Shown here one piece after another: positions 13,613 to 28,380 of a stretch of 64,000 bases of DNA (positions are counted from its first letter, which is position 1; each line of letters opens with the position of its first letter). Under the pieces are notes generated by a model. That model had not been told where the DNA came from, made no database searches, and worked only from the letters and a program-made list of their open reading frames with translations. Source of the DNA: Mytilus californianus (Eukaryota); contig NW_026262581.1 of the NCBI RefSeq assembly GCF_021869535.1, positions 48,732,001-48,796,000 of the forward strand, given 5' to 3'. Both the position numbers and the translations under genes were made by a program.

Positions 13613-16600
13613 TCGTGTGCTAGATTTAAAAGATGAATGGGTTCGAAATTTTCAACATTTACTTAAAATTTCGGTTTCTTGGACATTTCTGTCCTTTGAA
13701 CAGACATCCTTAACTTTTTTGTTTCAAAAGATAAACATATGCAGATTTCGGTAAAGAGATTTGAAATATCTTCGTTACAAAATAAGCCTCTACATTTGTG
13801 TAACAATTCTTTGTTAATCATTCATTTTTATGAAAAGAAATTGATTTTAGAAAAAAAAAACGGCATTTTCTTTATGTATATTTATGTAGTTTAAATAAGA
13901 AAAACGTCGGTGATTTCTTCATAAAAGTTGAAACGAATCATCTTCATACAGTATAAGTGTCTACAAAAAGAACGAATTATTCAATATATAAAATTCTGTC
14001 AAAAATCAAACATTATTAAGGTTATCCTTAAAAGTGATGAGAATAATAACATACTTATTGAATTTCATCCAATTAGATTTTAATGCAAAAAGTTCTGAGA
14101 GAGAGTTTAATGTCTGACTATTAAGATTAATTCAGCGAATTGTTTTTGTCTGCAAAAACATCATAGAGAAAGAGCGAAAGAGAATGACAACCACTTAAAT
14201 GTTTATTATTTAAAAAAGACTCCATGTAATAGAAATAAAACGATTAATTATTTTACACTTTAAATTTCGATTCTCGAAAATTCATCCGAAGAGTTTTTTT
14301 TTTATATTGAATTTGTCATTGTTTTAAATAGTTCCAATCTAGTTATATGCAATTATCTAAGGACCGTCGGGTTGGGTTTTATCTTTCCAATTAAAAACGC
14401 ATGTTTTAAACTCCCGGTTACGCTTGACCACAGAGATAATGCGTATTCGTTGATAAACATACTTACCGTGTCGACAACATCGGCGCGTGCCAACTAATTA
14501 AATAGTTATTTGATTTTTTATATCAAGTACGGAAATGACATTATGTAGCATGATATCATATTTAATAAGTAATAATTCACAATGCCATGACATGATACAA
14601 TTTAGATTGAAAAAATTCTTGTTCATATCCAGGGACACAGATGTTCAAATTCTGAAATAATATAAAATGAAATGGCCATTTAAGACGTTTTGTTTATCTA
14701 AGAGGGTTTTCTTTTGTCTTTTAGTATTTTCTATATAAAAATACAAAAAAAGCACTAAGTTTTATAATATGAATTTTTAAAAAGTATTATCTGCAATGTT
14801 GCATCCACAATGCACGCTTATATATATATATATTTCTTTTCTTCTAAGTTCTTCTTTTATGTTACTGCTACTTATATATATTTCCAAACATTTTGATAAA
14901 TCAACGAATGGTTTAAATGTATAAATGTTATAAAGTTATTATTTTTTTTTTTTTGGCAACACAATATATTTTGTAATTAATTGATTATTCAATCTTTAAA
15001 CACGTAAATGCATGCATAGAAGGCTTCCCTCAGATATGTGTTAGGTGATTCATGATTGATGTTTGCGTAATGTCCAGTAGCAAATATTTCATACATTTTT
15101 GGACGAAAACAAATGATAAAAAAATAGGTAAGGTTACAAATAAAGGGGGGAGGGGGGAACTCCCTTTTTTGACAGTCACGATATGGCACAATAGTGCTGA
15201 AAGTAGCGTTAAACACCAACAATCAATCAATCAGTATTATCTTACCAATGTATCAAGATTGTTTTGTAACAAACGAAAAGTTTTCTGTTTTTATTAACAC
15301 CACTGGGCTTCCACTTAGAATTCCCACGGAAATTTATGGTCTTTACTTTAGTCTTGTGTTGTCATCCGTATCAATACTAAGTTAATCCAAATTGCAAATT
15401 GGAAGTGAGATTCAAAAACGTCTCGGATAAGTGAATGATGTATCTATGCCAGAACAGTAGTATTAAATATACAATATTAATATTGCACACAATTTTGTAT
15501 ACGTATTTCTAAAATAACGAAAAGGCTTCATAAGCATATGCGTGCCTAAGTTGTATGATATTGTTGGAATATATTTCTATTTTGAAAATCGTATGAATGT
15601 GATCTGTGTTAAATCTGGTGATGAATCAGCGGTCAGGGATTGTGACAGTGATCTTCCGTGTGAATTGGATTTGCAAATTAAAAAATAGTGTATTTGTTAA
15701 TTCCTGTTCTCTAAGATGCCGTATTTTGTAAGGAATTAGCATCTGTCAGATGACATGTTACATTTGTACCATTACGCTGTTTTAAAGTGTCCGAATCACT
15801 TGCAAAGGATGAAAAGATGAATTGAGGACTAGATTTGATTTAAAAATCTTCTTTTTCAGACCTTTATGTTTAATGCGATTTCATGTATGGACTACTAGCC
15901 AAAATAATTGCATGCATCCGTCCGTTTGGAACAAATCTTCACTTAAGTAGCTTGATGCATACGGGTCCAGTATTACAAGCCTTGACGGAATTTAGATAAA
16001 TTCTGAAATTGAATCTATCTCCGTTTTCCTCTCAGTTTCTGTCATTCATCATATTTGGGTATTTTTCTAATAATCGAAATTAAGTTTTGCGTAAAACATT
16101 TTCGCATCACACTCCATGCGTGCAGTGTGATACTAGAAATATCTCTACATGCAAGAAATATATAACAGGCAAAGATCATAAGAGAAACTTTATTAAAATG
16201 CAGTGAAAGTGAGATTTTTTATTTTTTCTTCATAATCGTAAAAATGCACAACGCATAAAGTAAATTTAACAACATGAAACAATTCCTAAACAACTTCAAA
16301 ATATCGTATAACGTGTATAATCTAATTTTATTCAAAACACTGTTTTAATAACATGATTTTCATAAGCAATAAGGATAATCCAAACAATTTTGTTAATTGG
16401 ATGATTCACGGCTGAGTAATTGTGTAATCAGTGACACGTGCCCTCATTGTTTTAAAAATGATAAATATCCCTCGAAGTTCGTTTTTAAAATCTACCAAAA
16501 TTTACCACTGAAATAAACAGCTTGCAACGAATACAAACATACTTTACAAGTCATGAAATAATGATATTCGTCACCGATATCACTTGAGCCGCGGTGATGA

Positions 16601-18630
16601 TCAAGTCTGTCTTAAACAGGTTTTATTGTTATAATTTTATGAAATTATAATGAATATAGAAGAGAATTACGGTATTGGTTTTGCTCATTGTTGAAGGCCG
16701 TACGGTGACCTATAGTTCTTCATTTCTGTGTCATTTTGTCTCTTTTGGAGAGTTTTCTCATTGGCAATCATACCACATCTCGATCTTTTTTATATTTACA
16801 GTTAGACTTCAATCGCCCCTCCTCCCCCCCCCCCCCCCCCCCCCCCGCCATTTTCTTGAAACTCCTGATAGAGTTATAAATAGATAGCTAACATATGCAA
16901 CTTTACTTTAAAAAAAAATACAAAAAATACATGTATATGTCGGCAGCTAGGAGCTTATTCTCAATGTTTTGAATCTGAGCTATTCAGAAAGCTATTATAG
17001 TTCTTATTTTAGTTTTAAATACTTTATGAATGCTCCGCAAAGATAAAGCAAGATTTGCATTTGATACGAAATTTGATTAAGCGTGTTGCATTCGAAGTGA
17101 TCAGACTACCTCTAGGCCATTTCAACTCAATATATAAAATATCCTTGCATCGGTAAAACTATGAATCGGCTTTGACCAAACTATAAGAATTTAAGGCTGC
17201 TCTGCTTTTACAATAATTGTTTACACTCTGCATGTTATCATTTCACTGAATATCAAGTAATATTTGTTGATGGACGGTTGATGAGTCACAGAAAAGACAT
17301 GTGACAAGTAAACTGTTAACATCAAAATGATTTTTTTTTTATCAGTTTCACTATATACCTACGGGATATCATACATTCTATATAAGGGTTTCTTTCCCCC
17401 GGGTTAATGCACGGTATTGTGAATTTTTTTTTTCACAATTGAATTTATAGAATTAACTTTTTTAAGATTCATTTTCCTATGTATCAAGATCAGCGGCGGA
17501 TCCAGGATTTAGGAAAGTGGGGGCGAAGTATGGAATCTTTTGCCGAGCGTAGCGAGGCGAAAACAATTTTGACTTTTTTTTGGCTAAAAAACATAAAATA
17601 AGTGTAAAATGCACTAATTCAACGGCTCCTGATGTGGGGCATCTATATTCTTACAGTTAAAGTGTAAGGGTTAGACATTTTTGATGCCGTATTCTCCCCA
17701 TTAAATGTCTATCATAAAATGATTGGATGGATCGAAAGCTATGTACCAATATATTTGATGTGGGATTTGTCAGTAAAAAATGGACATGGAAAAATATTGT
17801 TTGTTGTATGGTTAGATAGAATAACCTCACAGATTTCTTGTTGTAAACAAGATATACGGACATTCAATGAAATTTACAATACGAACGACACGAAGAAAGA
17901 CAAAAAAGCAATTTTTATCCCAAACGCCATTTTTATGGCATTGCAACACCACTGCATGGGCATCCAATTAAAATTTAAATATTTATTTTAATACATAAGT
18001 GTTGTCATCCGTATCAATAAATTGTCAATCAAAATTTGAAGTGAGTATTAATAACGTCTAGGATAAGTGTTGGATTTGTCTGTTGATGTGAATACACAAA
18101 ATTTAGCTAAATTTGTATTATCTAAATTAATGAAAAGGCCAGCTAGTGTGTTTTTAAAATGATATTGTTGGAATGGATTTATAGCATGAAAATTGTTTGT
18201 GACAGAGATTTTCCGTTGACTTGGACTGCGAATTTGAAAATAATATATTTGTCAATTCACATTCTACAAGATGACATATTTTGTAAGTACTTTAACCTTT
18301 TATTCTAATTATGGTATCTTTGAGATGACCTGTTACTTACAACTGTCACGTGTACATGTCCAAGGCGCGTGCCGCTGAAATAGGTCACCTTTCAAGTTTG
18401 AAAATATGTGAATAGGTCGGGAAAACTATCAGAAATATATATGATAAAATCAGTAAAGTTCCCGAAACTTCTTTGGTAAACTTTCTTGCTGTTCCCGGGT
18501 GTGTTTTAATCGAAAAATATTCTCTCTTTTGACACTATGGTATTCCACCATTACATTGCACACCACATAAAACCTAAACATTCCAAGTGCAGTGACTTGT
18601 AAATTAAATGATGAAAAATTGAATTGCGTA

Positions 18631-19104
18631 TAAGAATAAGAATAAGAATAAGAATATTTCATTTCCAATTAAAGGGCCATATAAAGAGCTTTCATCACAT
18701 TACATACAAGTACATAAGATTAGACATAAATTAGAGACATATAAGAAAACAACACCGTTTAATACTATTAAAAATGCTATAAAAGGCCAGGACAGAACCA
18801 GATAATACAATTCACATCTTTGAAATATACCATTCAAAATCATATACCACTCAAAATATGTGTATTTGTGGCTAATTTGCATTTATTATCTTTGAACTTC
18901 TCCTTCTCTCAAGATTTTTAGATAAATACTTTCCCAAACATTTATACATATTTAAATTTTCTTGTGTAAATAGCCATGAAGACTTTGAAAAATTGTCTAA
19001 AGATTGAAAATTATTACAAGTTAGAGAAATTTCAGTAAAAAACTCATTTCTGTTATCAACATATAGTGGACATTCAGTCACAAAGTGTATCTCATCTTCA
19101 ACTT
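18631..19104 (-). mobile_element. 3' fragment of a non-LTR retrotransposon (LINE) ORF2 with (ATTCTT)n tail
   Basis: The minus strand reads KVEDEIHFVTECPLY (second half of a C-terminal CCHC knuckle) into ORF 18872..19081. The microsatellite tail is at 18631-18656. Confidence 0.7.
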
Positions 19105-20514
19105 TATTTAATGTACAGTATAAACATTTTCTAGACTTGTTAACATTTTCTAAGTATATATAGTATAGATTTGATTTGGCAATCTTCGTTTAGAGACCTT
19201 TGTGATTTATGCAATTTCATTTGTGGATTACTAGCATAAAGAATTACATGCACTTTATATATAAATGACATATTTTCTACATTAAAATAAAATTGAGAAT
19301 GGAAATTAAAAGCCTATTTCAAAAACATAAAAAGGATTTTTATTTGTAACTTTAAAAATCCTCGAAAAAAACTTTGTAATTGAAAGTTTCTTTGATATAT
19401 TCTACACGTATACGGAAGAGTGTTCATACCAATTGTGTTCGCTTAATACCGAACCCGCGTAACCTTAAAAATTAAGACATTATATATACACGATCAAAAC
19501 ATTAAAATTTTGTTTATTAGAGGAGGGACGACAGCCTAGATGTCGTGTGCAAAAATAATAATCACTTGGTACGATTTCAGCTTGCGTTTTGCAATTTTAA
19601 ATAGTATAGATCGATTTGTACGTGTTTTAAAATCAAATAGACTCTACTGCATTCCTGGAAAATATAGCAAGTTTCACATAGAAAACCTTCATTGATGATC
19701 GAAAATCACTTTGATATATATATCTGTAAAAATAATGTATTTGTTACTTCTTTTTGGTAAATTGTATCTTTGAAGATCATATTCCGTAATGACCGGAATT
19801 CTATTCGATGTCTATAAAAATACCAGGCAAAAGTTTTTGTTAATATTTCGTTAGATCGCCAGTAGAAATCATTGAAATTTATAACAATTAAAGAATATTG
19901 TTCATACACACAAAAGGCATTATTATGTCTGCATCCGTTGCTGCATACTTACAACGCTAAAAACGACGATTTTAAAGTAAAATGTCCAAATCTATTTGTC
20001 AAATACGTGAGAAAATACGTAACATTAGGACATAAAAACTTTTTTTTTGTGTATTTTGATTAAATTCAAGATAAAATAAACACCTGAACAAGCATGTATA
20101 ATAAAAATGAGTGTTATTTGTGTATTGGTCGATTTCGTTCTCTAGTTCTCGTTTGTGTTTTTTTTTTTTTTTTTGTACAGATAAATGAAGAATGAGTACA
20201 ATATATCTGATTTTGTAACAAATACAGTTTGGTACGAAATAAAAGCTTAAAACCAATCAAAATATTCTAGTAATCTCTCCTTGCCGTATGAAATTAGCCC
20301 TTGGGGAAAGCAGTTAAATATGCGGATAAGTATGACAAGTACGTGTATTCCCGACAAATAATGACAATTACCAAATTCGTTTATTACGTGTACATGAATG
20401 TATATTGTATAACCATTACATCTGTTTATAAATATATAATTTCCTTTCGTATTTATTGACACGTGCATTGTGAAGTTAATTTAATTTGAATAATTAAATA
20501 AATAAATAAAGTTT

Positions 20515-21030
20515 GACGAATACGAATACATACGAATACTTTATTTCTCATAAAACTACAATTACATAGTTATAGAGAACATACATAAATATAACTATAA
20601 GGTACAATTATTACATGCATGTGCGAACAATACAAATGAAATTAACTTGGAGGACTGACTTTCACATTTATAACTTTGATAAATTTACATAGTTTTTCTA
20701 ATATCACAATATTTGATGAATTAAACAGTTGATCAAATTTATAGATATTAGGGTTTGACAAACAGTATTTGGGTAAAAATTTCTTTCTTTCCAACTTAAA
20801 TGTTCCACAATTCATAATGTAATGATACTCGTCACCAATGTCGTTTGAGTCACAGAGACGGCAGATTCTGTCTTCTCTCGGTAAACCCTGCCACCTTCCA
20901 GACTCAATCGACAAGTGGTGACTTTCACATCTATATTTGCAAAATATATGAATAAATTTGTAAGGCAAAGAAGAAAAATATTTTTCAAATACATGACAAA
21001 TAGTTGTACATAAAGTATTTTTTGGTAATA
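20515..21030 (-). mobile_element. 3' fragment of a non-LTR retrotransposon ORF2 (C-terminal CCHC zinc-knuckle region) with (GTATTC)n tail
   Basis: ORF 20642..20968 contains HHLSIESGRW…RICRLC…IGDEYHYIMNC, typical of LINE ORF2 C-termini. It is followed by AATAAA and a short tandem tail. Confidence 0.8.
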
Positions 21031-24000
21031 TTAATATTTAGGCTCTTTCTGTCAGTAAACGAGTCCGGCTAAACAAAAGACAGATAATACAAAACTGCCT
21101 GTATGACATTATTAGTAATAACACGGGCTCCGCTTGTAAAACTGTGTGATAGTGGTTTTAGTTCGTAACATAAGTCCACGTTGGTAGTCAGGGACTGTTT
21201 TACAACGGGAACGGTGAAATCGATGACATCCAAAACCTGTGATTTTAAAAACTTGGAACAAATATAGGAATCTAAGCCCTGCAATCAGCCAATTATTGTA
21301 CAACTAAATAAAGCCTTTGACTTATTTTTACCTATAATGGTTTACTTTTACAAATTGTTACTTTGATGGAGAGTTGTCTCATAGGCACTCATACCACATC
21401 TTCTTATATCTATCTATACTGTTACTTCGCTTCCATATTGAGCAAACGGCAGTGTGAATATTTTGTGTGTGTGTGTGACACATACTTATCATCCTTTGGT
21501 AGTTGTTGGTGTATATAATACAGGTTATAATCTTCCAAACTTCTTTCTTTATATTTTAAGCATCAAATAAAAAGTAGTACATGTTTGAAAATTTAGGTGA
21601 TGAAATTTAAGGTAAAGTATTGATTTAGTCCAAATTAAAAGAATAAAACATTTGTATGATTGAAGCTTTCAAACTAAATTGTAGACCCCAACCTGCAACA
21701 TAGAATGGTTCACATTTTGAGTTAGAGCTGTTAGACTGCTCTATAATTTCGGTACGTCTAAACACTGCTAAGGAGTCCTTAATGCACTATAAGGACGTAT
21801 ACTATGCCACTAAGGACAAGAAGGGGTGCTGTTACATGTATTATGTTTACATATTAAGTTAGAGATTGATATTTTGATAATTTGATATAATTTGTCTCAA
21901 AAGTAGTACACTGCACTGTGAGCATCTTTTTTGAGATAGAGCACGCGCGATTTTATTATTTAAAAAAAGATGCTATACGAAATAACTAGGATCAGTTCAT
22001 TTGTACTCGCTACACAAAAGGAGAAAAGATTGGTGCGCCTCTCTTTTTGTCCAGTTACCAAAGTTCGTAAAATAAAATTATATTTTCCGACAATGCACAT
22101 ATATATTGTATATATTATTCCAACACTTACATTTTTCTTATTCTTTTAATTGTGTGGCTATTTAATGACCATTTTTATTTAAAGCCTGGATTTTCATCCT
22201 TCATTCTTAAGTACGTTTGAATTTCTACATAGATCACACTTAATTAATAAAAGTTTTGTGTTAAACGTCATTGACAAAGCAACCAATCCACCCAAAAAAA
22301 GACATCTAGAGGACACATAGAGATCTTTCGTCTGGCAGCACGTATAAACCACAGTTATCGTAAATTATATAAAAGTACAAAATCGAAATATAAAAAAAAA
22401 AAAACATTATTTTTTTTTAAGACAAAACAGAGAAAAGAACTGATAGGTCCGGGTGATCCATGCGTCTATATATAGCTAGCTCCCGTTATGTTTCGATTTA
22501 TTCAAAATTCATGTTAATTAAATTTAAGTTACTTTTAAATATTATACCACATGAAACCTACACTGGTGGGTTCCATGTCATAAACCCACAGTTCGTCCTG
22601 AACATGCATGAAATATTTGCCACTGGACTTTAAGCAACCAACAATCAATCACAATTCACAACTTATAGTATATATAGTTGTGAAATACAAAATGTATGTA
22701 TAGTGATACAATTTTTGCCAAATAAATAGAATACAAATACACACCACTTTATATAACTGACACAAATTAAAGGAATACTCTCTAAACTATATAAGTAGAG
22801 AAGCGAAAAGTTTCTTTTGAATACTAAACAAACTTCCGAACTGTACATGTTATTCTAATGGTTTGCCATGCAGCGCTCAAATATTTTGCATTATCTTTTG
22901 GTATAGTGTTTAGAAATATATAATATTGTAAGAACCTTAAACTACACATACTAAGCTATAATAGATTCAGATTCATTATTTTATTGAATATAAAACATAG
23001 CATATATTAAACTGACGGTCAGACATCAACAGCTTAAATACTAATACGTATACATAAATTCATTTATTCTTTATTAACTTTTAGCCCTACGGCACCTTTT
23101 TATTAAGAATCATGAGTGTAATTTTAAAATAGTCATGTACTTTCTTACGTTGTGGATCATTGATTTTGTTACCTGTTGACCCGGTTGATTACTAGCACGT
23201 GCCATTGAACTCAATCATTTGAACTAAAACGGAAAATTTTAAATTTACGCCATACACTAAGTACTATATATATATATATATATATATTATATGGGTAAGA
23301 AAATAAATATAAGGATACATTGTTTGAATGAAAATCTTTATACGGTGGTACTTTATTTATAGTTTAACACTGTCTCGACACAGACTGAATGCAGTATCAT
23401 GATCAGCTTCATGTACTATGGCGACCTTGGTGGTGTTTAGACGCACCACTATGTAAAATAAATTATTGTTTAATAATATAAAATTATATTGTACAGTACA
23501 AAGCTATGGTAATAAAAGCTGTTCCAAGTTTAATAGAGTAACTCGCATGAAAATAAAAAAAAAAACAGCTCCAACGGTAATAGTAAACTAGGACATATCA
23601 ACAGAAAACGAATTAAACCAACTGACATAAAACAAAAATACGCATGTGTTAATTTGCCTCCGCTTCATTTCTGTGGATTGTCTCATTGGCAATTATACCA
23701 CATCTTCTTATTTTTTCAGGTTACGTTTAAGATTTTCCGTTACTAATTTTCAAATACGAAAAACATTTTCACACAGGGTTCACAACATATTTAGGTTAAA
23801 TGTATGGCAATCGTTTTTGTAAGTATACAATTAACATAGTCCTTGCATTTAATAAGTATATAAATAAATAAACTAACATTTATTAAAAAATAAGCAACAT
23901 ATATAGACGAATAATTTATTAGTTCCTCAACAAAACAACAACAGAAATAAAGAATCTACAGAGGATTTAATCTTTAATTACTTTTTATTTATTCGAGAGA

Positions 24001-25257
24001 TATACTTTACATTCTAATAAATATATATATTGATCTAAAATGCATTATCAAGCAGAAGGGGCGTAACTCGTAGTATCATACCGGCATACTTAACGGATCT
24101 AAACATGGTCTGACAATTTTGAACGTTAATTTTGAAATTTGGTCTGTTTTGGTCTGACACCGTCGTAACGGATCTTAACAGCTTGCTAGAAGATTCAGTC
24201 TTGTTTATCTTAACATGCCTTAACGGACTGATTTACCTAATGAGACTATCGATCGGAACGGCGTCTTAAAGTTCTTAAAAGTCTTGACGTTTTTCTCTAG
24301 CGGTAAATCCAGTCGATTAAGATATGATCAGACCAAAATGACCGTTTCAGACTGAAATCGTGCTACTAGTGGTTATATCTGCAAAAGCCGTTGTTATGTT
24401 AATTACAAAAACCTCACTATCGTTAAAACTTTGAAATTTAGTGATTGAAAACAGCTTTTCTAAAATTTATTCTGAAAATAGAAGACTCAATAGAAAAAGA
24501 TTGAAGGGGGCCTATATTTCGACTTTTATTGTTTTTAAACGGATATTTTTGAAATTTAAAACCGAAACAACCAACTCAATGTGGACATTATGGCCTAAAT
24601 ATTTACAAGTCAGATGCTCGATTCGACAATTAATTGATCTTCTGTGATTCTAAAGCCAAACATATTTGAAAATCCACGATTTAATTCCGGCAATGATGAG
24701 CTGATCATACAAAAGAAAATAGAGTATAACAACTTCTAGACAAGGAATTGGAGCAATTAATCATGAAATTTATATTCAATTTATTATACAACATGAGATT
24801 GGGTTGACATTAAAAATTTGAAAAATATGATAGAAATAGTTTTACGAGTTAACAAATTAAAAAAGAAAAAGGAATGAAGCAAAATATAAATCTCGAACTT
24901 CTATCACTTAAAAATTGATTTTCAATATCTCAAAAAATTAATGTAGTCGGTTTTTCATTTTCGATAGATTTTAAAAGGCAGTTTTTTGTTATAATACTTT
25001 TTTCTTACTATTCTATTACAGAAATGTAAACAATGCACAACTTTCACTATACTATTCTTTATAAAAGTAAATTGAATTGTTTCATTCTGCCAAGGAAGCA
25101 AATGCTTCTTTAGAAGTATTGAATTATCCTTACGCTTTAAACTTTATAAAATCTAATTCTATAACGATTTATTTCCTTCTTTCTTTGTCACTATTGCATT
25201 ATTGTTTTATTTATATATCATATTTATTCATAATTAATTGTTACCTATAAGCCTTAC

Positions 25258-25326
25258 CTTTCTTTGAAGTTATTCGAAGGATTTCTTGTGAATACTGTTT
25301 CACTGCTTCAAAATCGTTCTCTTATA
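25258..25326 (-). promoter_or_regulatory. Putative core promoter and non-coding first exon of copy 2 (TATAAGA 25326-25320; start ~25296; donor AAG|GTAAG at 25257)
   Basis: Same spacing as copies 3 and 4. Would splice to the conserved TTTCAG acceptor 11 nt before the ATG (8258). Confidence 0.6.
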
Positions 25327-27854
25327 CCGTATCAATTTTTTGTTTATGATTGACATGCACACAAGGAAATTTGTAACTGAACCGCAAATGATGAATTCGC
25401 TTATTATAGTTAAAAACTTTAAATGTCACGACGATGTCGTAGTACTACGAAATTGCGGATTATGCATATATCAGGATATATTTACTCAGGTTCAATAACA
25501 CATTTTGTTTCCTCCTACAACAAACATATTTTTCATGACATCATAAACTTTAATGTTACCAAGTCTTATTTCTATGATATTGTGGATTATGTTTACTTTT
25601 TAAAATGTACTAAAGGTGAAAAATTGTCCTACAACAGACATATTTGTCATTATGTAATAATACATGTAGTTATTACGAAATATCGTTTTGACTTTTTAAC
25701 AATCTGGTTAAATATGCACGTTATTAATTCCGTTGTAATCAGAGACTTGTACTGTTGTAATGATAACTAACCGAAAGCCTTTTATTTCCTCATGGTATGG
25801 ACGTTATTGTTTATTAATTGACTTGCTTGAAACCCGTTGCTTGATATTTTATTCAACTGCTGTTAGAAATACAGCGATTATTTAGACTCATTGCGTTTCT
25901 GATTTTACCACGCTTGAGCTTACGCTACGAAAAAGGTCGGGAACCATTCTCAGTTAACACCAAACCATTGAACAATAAAATAATTCTCGGTTTTCATGTA
26001 TCTTCGAGATCTTCTCTTCATGCTCCGTCATTGTGCGTTATAATCATAATCATAAAACTCAAATTGAAAAGGATTTGACATCACTTTAGTCGATCTAAAT
26101 AACGAACCATTTAAACTATTTATATTCTCTTTAATTTACGTCTACATATGTATCAACCCTAAAATTTGTTTTACAGAGTTGGATGGGAGAACACTTCATT
26201 TCATTTTTTCATTAACACAGGTGGAAGATACTGAAAGAATATTCAAATTGAAACGTCAAAGATAAACTGACAACACTAAAAACAAAAACAAAAAAAAACC
26301 AATCAAAATACAAACGGCAGTCTACAAAACATTACATAGAAATCTAAATAGCTACACATAAAACCTGGGTAATCTCATGTGTCCCGGAAGGGAAGAAGAT
26401 CCTACTCTACATGTGGCATCCGTCATGTTGCTCATCGTGAGTATAAATTGTTGGGCAGGCCTAAATCGGGGATTTCGAGGAAAATAGGACGGGAATGTTG
26501 TTACGACAATTGGTACACATCTGTAGTCATCTGAGAAACATATAGAAATAAAAATTTATTCAAAATGAATAGTAAAAACAGTTTCTTAAATTACATTTAA
26601 CGTGGTTGGAATTTATTTGAATTTCTATTCAAAATCATTCACCATCAGTTATAGGAAATTAAAATTGTTTTGAACGTGGAAACAATTAAAGAAAAAAAAG
26701 TACTTCAAATAAAAAAAAAATTAAAAAAAAAGAAATAACACTATCAACTTGTTTGCGTCCGAAGCGTTTTCATGGATTAACCTCAATCAGGATCGCTCAA
26801 AGCCAAAAGCAAAAATTTGAAAGCCGGATGGATGAATTTCGAACCTGGCTTATAAAGAGCTATACGACCAAATGGATTCAAAAGTGATAGCCAAATCCTT
26901 CTAAGGTAAACTTTACGTGAGAAGTTGGAACCTTAGTTTCTTCATGATTTTGAATGTATCAACGGAGAATTTAAGAAAGATTTGTTTAAATCATGTCAAT
27001 ACCATTCATATGGGAACCAACTTCTCTTCTTGCAGAGTTGTCCTTTATTTATTTAAGCCAGACTTTATACAGCATCTTCGCAAGAAAATGGAAAGAAGCT
27101 AGATTTATCCTATAATTTCACGTTCCGCTGTATAAATTATGTCCCCTCGCTAGATAATTCATTTCATAATTTTCTGAACTGTTGTTTGTGCTTTTACCGA
27201 TTTGTAGTTTTTGCCATGATTTTATTAGGGTTTTTTTTACTTATGAATTTTTAATTTCTCCTCTTCTATCTTCTCCATCTTTTAATCACTTCACAATGGG
27301 AACTGATTACTTGAAAAGGTGATTTGAAAGACATTTGTCTGATTATGTCAGCCATTACACGAATAAGCTCTTTAACATCTTACTAACTTATACGGCTAAC
27401 ACAATATGCTGAACTGATGGTTTGATGTACTCAGTAAAAAGTAGATAATAGGAGAACTCAAATTAATATATTTTGATATGCATGTATTTTTTCATTTTAA
27501 ATGTATCTATGTCAAATGTGTTTGAAAAGGTGAAATATTAGAGTATATTATGAATTGTAATTCTATGAGAAAAGTTAAAATAACAAAAATACCGAACTTC
27601 AAAGGATATTCAAAACGGAAAGTCCTTTACAAAATTGCAAAATCAAAGGCTCAAACACATCTAACAAATGGAAATAGCTGTCATATTCCTGACTTAGTAC
27701 AAGCATTTTCTTATGTAGAAAATGATGGATTAAACCTGAAATTTGTTATCGTTGAAATATGCCTTTGTTCCCTTGGGCAAATGCAGAATGTAACGAAAAA
27801 GGGCCCCCGAAGTCTGCTTTCCTGGGCTGCTTAAGGATATTGTATGACAGAAGA

Positions 27855-28380
27855 AATTGTCACATGAATTGTCGAAGAAGGCCGTCTAATGGATACACAC
27901 GATGAACATGTACAGCATACATGTATCACCAAAATCCAGACTTTCAACAATTATTTTTTTTTATATAAAATAAAATGTTGCATTCAATTTGTGTTATTGT
28001 ATGAATTTTTCGTACCACTATACAAAATATTCATTACTTAGGCGTTAAAGCAATCCTACTCAGAAAAATTAAAACAACACAAAGATATAAATACAGATAA
28101 TAAAAATAATACAACAATTGAAAAAAAAAGTTTGGTGATTTGTATTTATTCTATTTAATCTTAACACAAAAAAAATACATTAATTAAACAGTATTTATAC
28201 TGTCAAACAAGTCTTTGGCACTTTTTTATTCTGGATACGTGCTGAAAGCTAGGCAAATTGGACAACTAAAGCTTCCCTTTAGAAAAGCAGAATCAGCGAA
28301 AGGCAATAGCCAAATAATCTTTGTTTATAAACATAAGTATACATGAAACCAGAATAATATCATAGAATGAAGTTTAAGGA
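27855..28380 (+). pseudogene. Inverted 3' fragment of the gene family: last 16 codons (NCHMNCRRRPSNGYTR*) plus 3' UTR/flank
   Basis: 27855-27905 translates to the family C-terminus. 27906-28380 is the reverse complement of the type-B 3' flank (cf. 6528-7034). Absent from the paralogous block at ~39625-40215. Confidence 0.9.

Larger units (their letters stand above)
8513..24371. mobile_element. 15.9-kb CACTA/EnSpm-type element, apparently non-autonomous, with nested insertions
   Basis: Ends CACTAGTAGC…GCTACTAGTG with ~95 bp of highly similar TIR and CAGAC/CAGTC-rich subterminal repeats. 3-bp TSD GTT (8510-8512, 24372-24374). The paralogous empty site is at ~36885-36895. No transposase ORF is visible. 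Confidence 0.85.

Noticed and set aside
16824-16846. Long poly-C run (G-quadruplex potential on the minus strand)
   Set aside because: An isolated homopolymer with no paralogous conservation or functional context.
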